This document shows positions 59,501 to 64,000 of a stretch of 64,000 nt of DNA, piece by piece. Numbering within the stretch: the stretch's first letter is position 1; the number at the start of each line of letters is the position of its first letter. Source of the stretch: a virus; the IMG/VR virus record IMGVR_UViG_3300007609_000005, positions 1 to 64,000 of that record. One strand, given 5' to 3'. The notes under the pieces are model-generated. The model did no database searches. It saw nothing but the letters and a program-made list of their open reading frames with translations, and was not told where the DNA came from. The position numbers and the translations under genes were made by a program.

Positions 59501-60504
59501 CCATCATGCCTTATTGTTATATCCACACTATTATATGCTGAATTAGATATCCATATATCATATGGTACTTGGTAAGAAAAATCATTTGAAAATGTATAAC
59601 CATCCTTTATCTTGGTGAAATCATTTGAAAACATGTTACCAACATAGAATCCATCATTTGGTAGGTTACCATAAACACTTGGGTGAGCATATACGAAATA
59701 AGAACCAGTCCCAAAACTCATATGAGTCTCAAAATCAAACCCGTTCTGTAATGAACTTACCGTAAGACCCTTTATACGTGTATCTGTTATATATGCTCTT
59801 GTAGTAGTAACTGATGATGGAAGACTTGGTGTATATCCCCCAATAGGTGTGAGGTCAATCGGACCATAATAAACCTTGTGTTTATAAATAGCAGAGGATG
59901 TTGCACTAAAAGTCATACCATCACCAGTAACAACACTCATTGTAAATATATTCAATTCTGTAACTGCTGGAGTTGATGAGAATGTAGGCGAAATACCACT
60001 TTGAGTACCTACTTCCGGGTAACTACCGGTCGGTACCACTGTACCTAACAATCCGGTAGGACCATTGAATGATATGGAAAATAATGGAGAGTACCCGGGT
60101 GTTATCTGATATGATAAAGATTGTATAGGTGCTAATTGACCAAATTGATACTCATCAATAACAGCATCAAACCCATCTATCAATGGTTCTCTGTATGATT
60201 CTAACATTTGACCAAACAGTTGATATGGTGTCAAATCGGATAATGTTATTCCCCTTGGAACACCACCAACCTCATACGTTGTCCTTCTCAATGAAGAAAA
60301 AGTTACACCACTTGCAGTTGCAACAGACTGTGATCCTATTTCAAGAACACGGTTATGTAATGTCCATGCCATATCACGAACATCTTTTGCATCAATTAAA
60401 TTACCGGTGTTATCTTGTAACCTTTGTAATAACTGAGTAAAATCGTCCTCATATTCCGAGTACCAATTCGATCCTGTTCCAGTTGATGGTGTTCCTAATG
60501 ACAT
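59497..60504 (-). CDS. putative virion structural protein
   Basis: Gly/Ser/Thr-rich beta-type composition; TAATATATA upstream; L.DNT..LI.A.DVRD motif. Confidence 0.55.
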   Translation of the reverse strand: MSLGTPSTGTGSNWYSEYEDDFTQLLQRLQDNTGNLIDAKDVRDMAWTLHNRVLEIGSQSVATASGVTFSSLRRTTYEVGGVPRGITLSDLTPYQLFGQMLESYREPLIDGFDAVIDEYQFGQLAPIQSLSYQITPGYSPLFSISFNGPTGLLGTVVPTGSYPEVGTQSGISPTFSSTPAVTELNIFTMSVVTGDGMTFSATSSAIYKHKVYYGPIDLTPIGGYTPSLPSSVTTTRAYITDTRIKGLTVSSLQNGFDFETHMSFGTGSYFVYAHPSVYGNLPNDGFYVGNMFSNDFTKIKDGYTFSNDFSYQVPYDIWISNSAYNSVDITIRHDG

Positions 60505-60547
60505 TCAATGAAATTCTTTTATCTATATATTATTTTGAAAAAGCCTA

Positions 60548-61492
60548 TTGTTAATCCAAAAGTTATATGTATCTTTGTACAACAAATCAAAAACACACAC
60601 AAAATTGAGTTATTACAGAAGAACACCAAATTTCCAACCTTACAACAAACAAAATCTTCTTGATCGAATCAACAAGATTGAAATTATCCGTGAGGAAAAC
60701 CAAGTCATTACTAAATATGACGGAAGAGTAACTGCAATTTCAGATGTTTCCAATAAGTATGAGGTCTTTGATATCAAGAAGTATATCCAAGAAAAACTTG
60801 ACCTTATTGAGAAAAACTTTGAAATCAAAGAGTTTTATTTTAGTGTAACAAAAGGAATCCAACAATTGAAACTGATCAGTGATACTATCGAGATCAATGG
60901 TATGGAATTCCACAAAACGTTTTTCATCATCAACTCATCTGATCGTTCAAGAAGACTTCAATTCAATTCAGGACTTTACTCAAAAGGAAGTAACTTCTAC
61001 ATGGTGAGTACAACACAAAACCTCGGACTCTCCAAAAAGCATTACCGAGGAATCACAGATGCAGCCGAGGAAGCAACAAAAGACATCAATGTTGAAACAT
61101 TTGACGAGCAGATTGAAGCAATTCAGAAATTAGTGGGACACAAGGTTGCATTCTCAAAACTACGTAAGGTCATGGTCGGTGATGGTAGTGTAAAAACAAA
61201 TCACCTTAAATTTGATAAACTCAAAGAACATCTTCTGTGGGCACTCCGAGAGGATAAATCTGTAACAATGACCGGTGAAAATTATTCACTCCTCAGAAAA
61301 CGGTCACAATATGCAGGAGATGTCGACCCAAATAAAGATTTCTATATGGATGCATTCATGGTATTCCAAGTTTATATGAAATTGTATTCACACTTGGACT
61401 CACACATTGTTAAAACAGAAACAGAAAGAATTCTTGGAATTACACAGTGGGCTGTGAGAAATGAATTATTGGGTGATCTTTTAGCAGTATAA
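60548..61492 (+). CDS. hypothetical protein, DUF932-like (C-tag)
   Basis: VSNKYEVFD...IINSSDRS...KKHY; probable start TTG 60605; ends RNELLGDLL. Confidence 0.55.
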   Translation: MLIQKLYVSLYNKSKTHTKLSYYRRTPNFQPYNKQNLLDRINKIEIIREENQVITKYDGRVTAISDVSNKYEVFDIKKYIQEKLDLIEKNFEIKEFYFSVTKGIQQLKLISDTIEINGMEFHKTFFIINSSDRSRRLQFNSGLYSKGSNFYMVSTTQNLGLSKKHYRGITDAAEEATKDINVETFDEQIEAIQKLVGHKVAFSKLRKVMVGDGSVKTNHLKFDKLKEHLLWALREDKSVTMTGENYSLLRKRSQYAGDVDPNKDFYMDAFMVFQVYMKLYSHLDSHIVKTETERILGITQWAVRNELLGDLLAV

Positions 61493-61497
61493 GTATT

Positions 61498-61713
61498 GTG
61501 GAAATAATACACCAAATAATAGCAGAAAGTGTCAGTGGCGGGGTTTTCAACTTCATTGGATATTGGTTAATGATAACGATATTCATTGGAGTTCCCGCCA
61601 AATTAATAGGATTTATAATAAATAGGATTCTAAGACACTGGACAATCAGAAAACATGGATACCCACCACCACATTGTGATGCAGATGGGGATTTTAAAGA
61701 AAAGGATAATTGA
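61498..61713 (+). CDS. small membrane protein
   Basis: TM segment; HGYPPPHCDADGD tail. Confidence 0.55.
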   Translation: MEIIHQIIAESVSGGVFNFIGYWLMITIFIGVPAKLIGFIINRILRHWTIRKHGYPPPHCDADGDFKEKDN

Positions 61714-61728
61714 CATGATAGTTTGCAA

Positions 61729-62403
61729 TTAATCTCCCATAGCATCCCAATATCCCCAAAGGTATTTCTTAAATCGTTTCATTTGTTTGGCATTAAGAAC
61801 TTTCTTATAAACATCCCAAACCCAAGATTTTATATCCTTGGGATTATTCAATAACTGTAAAATATCATCCTTACTTTTACCTTGCTCAACTAACTGATCA
61901 ATCAATGATTGTGCATAGGCCATCAATTCCTTTTTATCATTCCAATATTTTTTAGGATTATGCGTTGGTGATGAATCTAACAAATATAAATCTGAATTAC
62001 CCATTCTACTAACTTGTTGTAGATGTATAGATTCATGTCTAAGAACCTCATTTAAAAAGGTGCATATATTTCTAACCATTTCTTTATCAGATAATGATTT
62101 TATGAACTTGTCTTCAATAACAACAATCATTATCATATCTTTATACTTATTATAAAGTGCGAATTTTATTCCAGCAAACAATTCTAACTCACGTGGTGCC
62201 ATTTCTTTCTCAATTTCAGTACCAAGGGAATCATGAAACGTGTCAAAATCAGCAAATTCTACTTTATACTCCCTTGACATTTTATTTAACGAAGAAATGC
62301 CATCAAACTTCTCATTTTTCAAACTCTGTAAAAGTTTATCGAAATTAAGTGGTTTTATTACACCTTCACTGAACGATATATAATTATCAAGATATTTCAT
62401 CAC
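61729..62403 (-). CDS. HExxH metallopeptidase-like protein (N-tag)
   Basis: RHESIHLQQ...E..AYA; starts MKYLDNYISFSE. Confidence 0.65.
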   Translation of the reverse strand: MMKYLDNYISFSEGVIKPLNFDKLLQSLKNEKFDGISSLNKMSREYKVEFADFDTFHDSLGTEIEKEMAPRELELFAGIKFALYNKYKDMIMIVVIEDKFIKSLSDKEMVRNICTFLNEVLRHESIHLQQVSRMGNSDLYLLDSSPTHNPKKYWNDKKELMAYAQSLIDQLVEQGKSKDDILQLLNNPKDIKSWVWDVYKKVLNAKQMKRFKKYLWGYWDAMGD

Positions 62404-62708
62404 ATACCCAATGCACTATTATCTTTATCCTCATAATATTCTTGTTCAGCCTTAACCTCATCAATAACTGATTGATCAACATTATTTGCTTCAAGTATAT
62501 TAACCACATTCTGATAAACATCCCTTTGTGCAGTTTTGCATATTGTAGTTGCATCACTCCGTTCTATAAACTTTTTCTTACGGAAATCTTCACCATATAA
62601 CTCTTCCCAATACCTTCCACTTCCTAACTGTTTCTTGAAAATATGTTCCCACATTTCACTTCTTATTTTGTCATCAGATGACTCATTGAATTTCTTTAAA
62701 TGTTTCAT
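62400..62708 (-). CDS. hypothetical protein (N-tag)
   Basis: Likely start MKHLKKFNES after TAATATATA. Confidence 0.7.
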   Translation of the reverse strand: MKHLKKFNESSDDKIRSEMWEHIFKKQLGSGRYWEELYGEDFRKKKFIERSDATTICKTAQRDVYQNVVNILEANNVDQSVIDEVKAEQEYYEDKDNSALGM

Positions 62709-62753
62709 ATGGTTATATATTAAACATTCCACCTGAAAAAATGTATAAAAATT

Positions 62754-63494
62754 ATGAACATTGACGAAGTAAAAAAGAAATTAGAGGTATTCAATGACCC
62801 ACAATTCACATTTAATGAGGAGAAACATATGTATCACTACAAAGGTGAGAGGTATATATCAGCAACTCAATTCCTTGAAAAATTCCATAAACCATTCGAT
62901 CAAAATTATTGGTCGAAAAGGAAAGCAGATGAACGTGGTGTTGAGCAACAAGTAGTACTTGATGAATGGCAAGAACTGAATGACTATGCAAATATAGTAG
63001 GATCTGCTACACATGAATGGATAGAGAATTACTTTAACCGAGTATATCAAGAACTACCAACCAATTTAGATATAATCGACCGAATCAACAAATTCAATAA
63101 GATATACCCAACACACCTTTCCAAATTAGAACCGATAAAAATGGAAACCCGGGTATTTTCCAAGAAATACCCAATTGCAGGAACTATTGATTCACTGTTT
63201 CTCTACAAGGGGAAAATTGTCATTGTTGATTATAAGACCAATAAAAAATTTACAACGGATGAAGATAATAGATGGAATATGTTGTTACCTCCATTTGATG
63301 ATCACTATGAGAATCATCACAATGAATATTCCATACAAGTATCATTATATGCATACATTTTGAAAGAGTGGGGATTTGATGTTGCTGGCGGCTATCTACT
63401 ATACATTGGACCTAATGATGATGCAAAATTTTACAAATCACACAACTTTATTGATAGACTTGGTGAATATTTACCACAACATAAGTTTGAATAA
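62754..63494 (+). CDS. PD-(D/E)xK exonuclease (RecB/Cas4-like)
   Basis: F.EE.H.Y, GS..H..IE, AGTID, VDYKT, Y..Q...Y. Confidence 0.85.
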   Translation: MNIDEVKKKLEVFNDPQFTFNEEKHMYHYKGERYISATQFLEKFHKPFDQNYWSKRKADERGVEQQVVLDEWQELNDYANIVGSATHEWIENYFNRVYQELPTNLDIIDRINKFNKIYPTHLSKLEPIKMETRVFSKKYPIAGTIDSLFLYKGKIVIVDYKTNKKFTTDEDNRWNMLLPPFDDHYENHHNEYSIQVSLYAYILKEWGFDVAGGYLLYIGPNDDAKFYKSHNFIDRLGEYLPQHKFE

Positions 63495-63527
63495 TTAGTA
63501 TAACAATTATAAAAAAGATATAAAATT

Positions 63528-63983
63528 ATGGATTTTAGAATAGTAAACACCGAAACACTTCTTAAAAACTTCAAACCATATCACGAGTCTATGGATTTGA
63601 TCAATGAGGAGAAAAAGAAATTCACTGATAGAGTTGATAGTATCAGAAATGAAATGGAAGGACTTGTCAAATCATCACAATTGATATTAGACGACAAGAG
63701 TACTCAGTCAAAAAAGGAAAGATTCAATGAATTGCAAACAGAGGCAGTTGAACTAGAAAACGAATTCAGACAGATGATATCTAAAATGCAAAACGAAGAG
63801 TTGGATAAGAACTTCAAAGATATTACTGACATCACACAAGAATGGGCAGTTAATAATGATGTAAAACACGTATTCAATGCACTTCAAATGGCATATACTG
63901 ATGGTACTGCAGATTGTACAGATGAAATCATTGAACTTATCAAAGAAAGAAACTTATATAAAGAATTTACTGAGGAAACCTAA
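63528..63983 (+). CDS. OmpH/Skp-like chaperone lacking a signal peptide
   Basis: VNTETLL..F...coiled coil...A......VF....AY.D...D.TDEII. Confidence 0.6.
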   Translation: MDFRIVNTETLLKNFKPYHESMDLINEEKKKFTDRVDSIRNEMEGLVKSSQLILDDKSTQSKKERFNELQTEAVELENEFRQMISKMQNEELDKNFKDITDITQEWAVNNDVKHVFNALQMAYTDGTADCTDEIIELIKERNLYKEFTEET

Positions 63984-64000
63984 AACCAATGATTGATTAT

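Noticed and set aside
62754-63494. Cas4 as part of a CRISPR-Cas locus
   Set aside because: There are no Fe-S cysteines, other cas genes or array; it is a stand-alone phage exonuclease
1-64000. Genome-wide TAG or TGA reassignment
   Set aside because: Conserved genes are intact and densely packed in code 11, and several end at TAG followed soon by other stops (e.g. rho); only local readthrough is supported

Overview
This is an AT-rich, gene-dense 64 kb segment of a large (jumbo/huge) T4-like phage genome. The host is probably Bacteroidota, judging from recurrent TAnnTTTG -7 promoter boxes, a T9SS-sorted protein and an OmpH-like protein. Translation and tRNA genes include GlnRS, AsnRS, a CCA-adding enzyme, Pth2, an Rnl1 RNA ligase, 2H phosphoesterases, tRNA-CAT and a minimal RNase P RNA. 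Other recognisable genes encode NusG, a truncated Rho, a two-subunit type IIA topoisomerase, a T4-type RNase H, a C5 methyltransferase, MoxR/VWA, a lysozyme and homing-endonuclease-like proteins. Five signals are not explained by the ORF track. (1) An atypical CUA/UCUA-anticodon tRNA-like RNA sits directly upstream of two genes (Pth2, HD hydrolase) that both begin with the identical ATG AAA TAG ATT AC, i.e. an in-frame amber codon at position 3. (2) Two complete leader-peptide attenuators (Gln-rich, Asn-rich) precede glnS and asnS. (3) About 21 unrelated proteins share an N-terminal MKH(L/I)KK(F/Y)NE-type tag resembling the T4 capsid-targeting sequence, linked to a TAATATATA promoter-like motif. 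(4) About 24 other proteins share a C-terminal R-x-x-K-(L/I)-x-x-(I/L)-L tag. (5) There is a 207-nt RNase P RNA with a covaried P4. Family assignments come from motif recognition by eye; no database searches were run.
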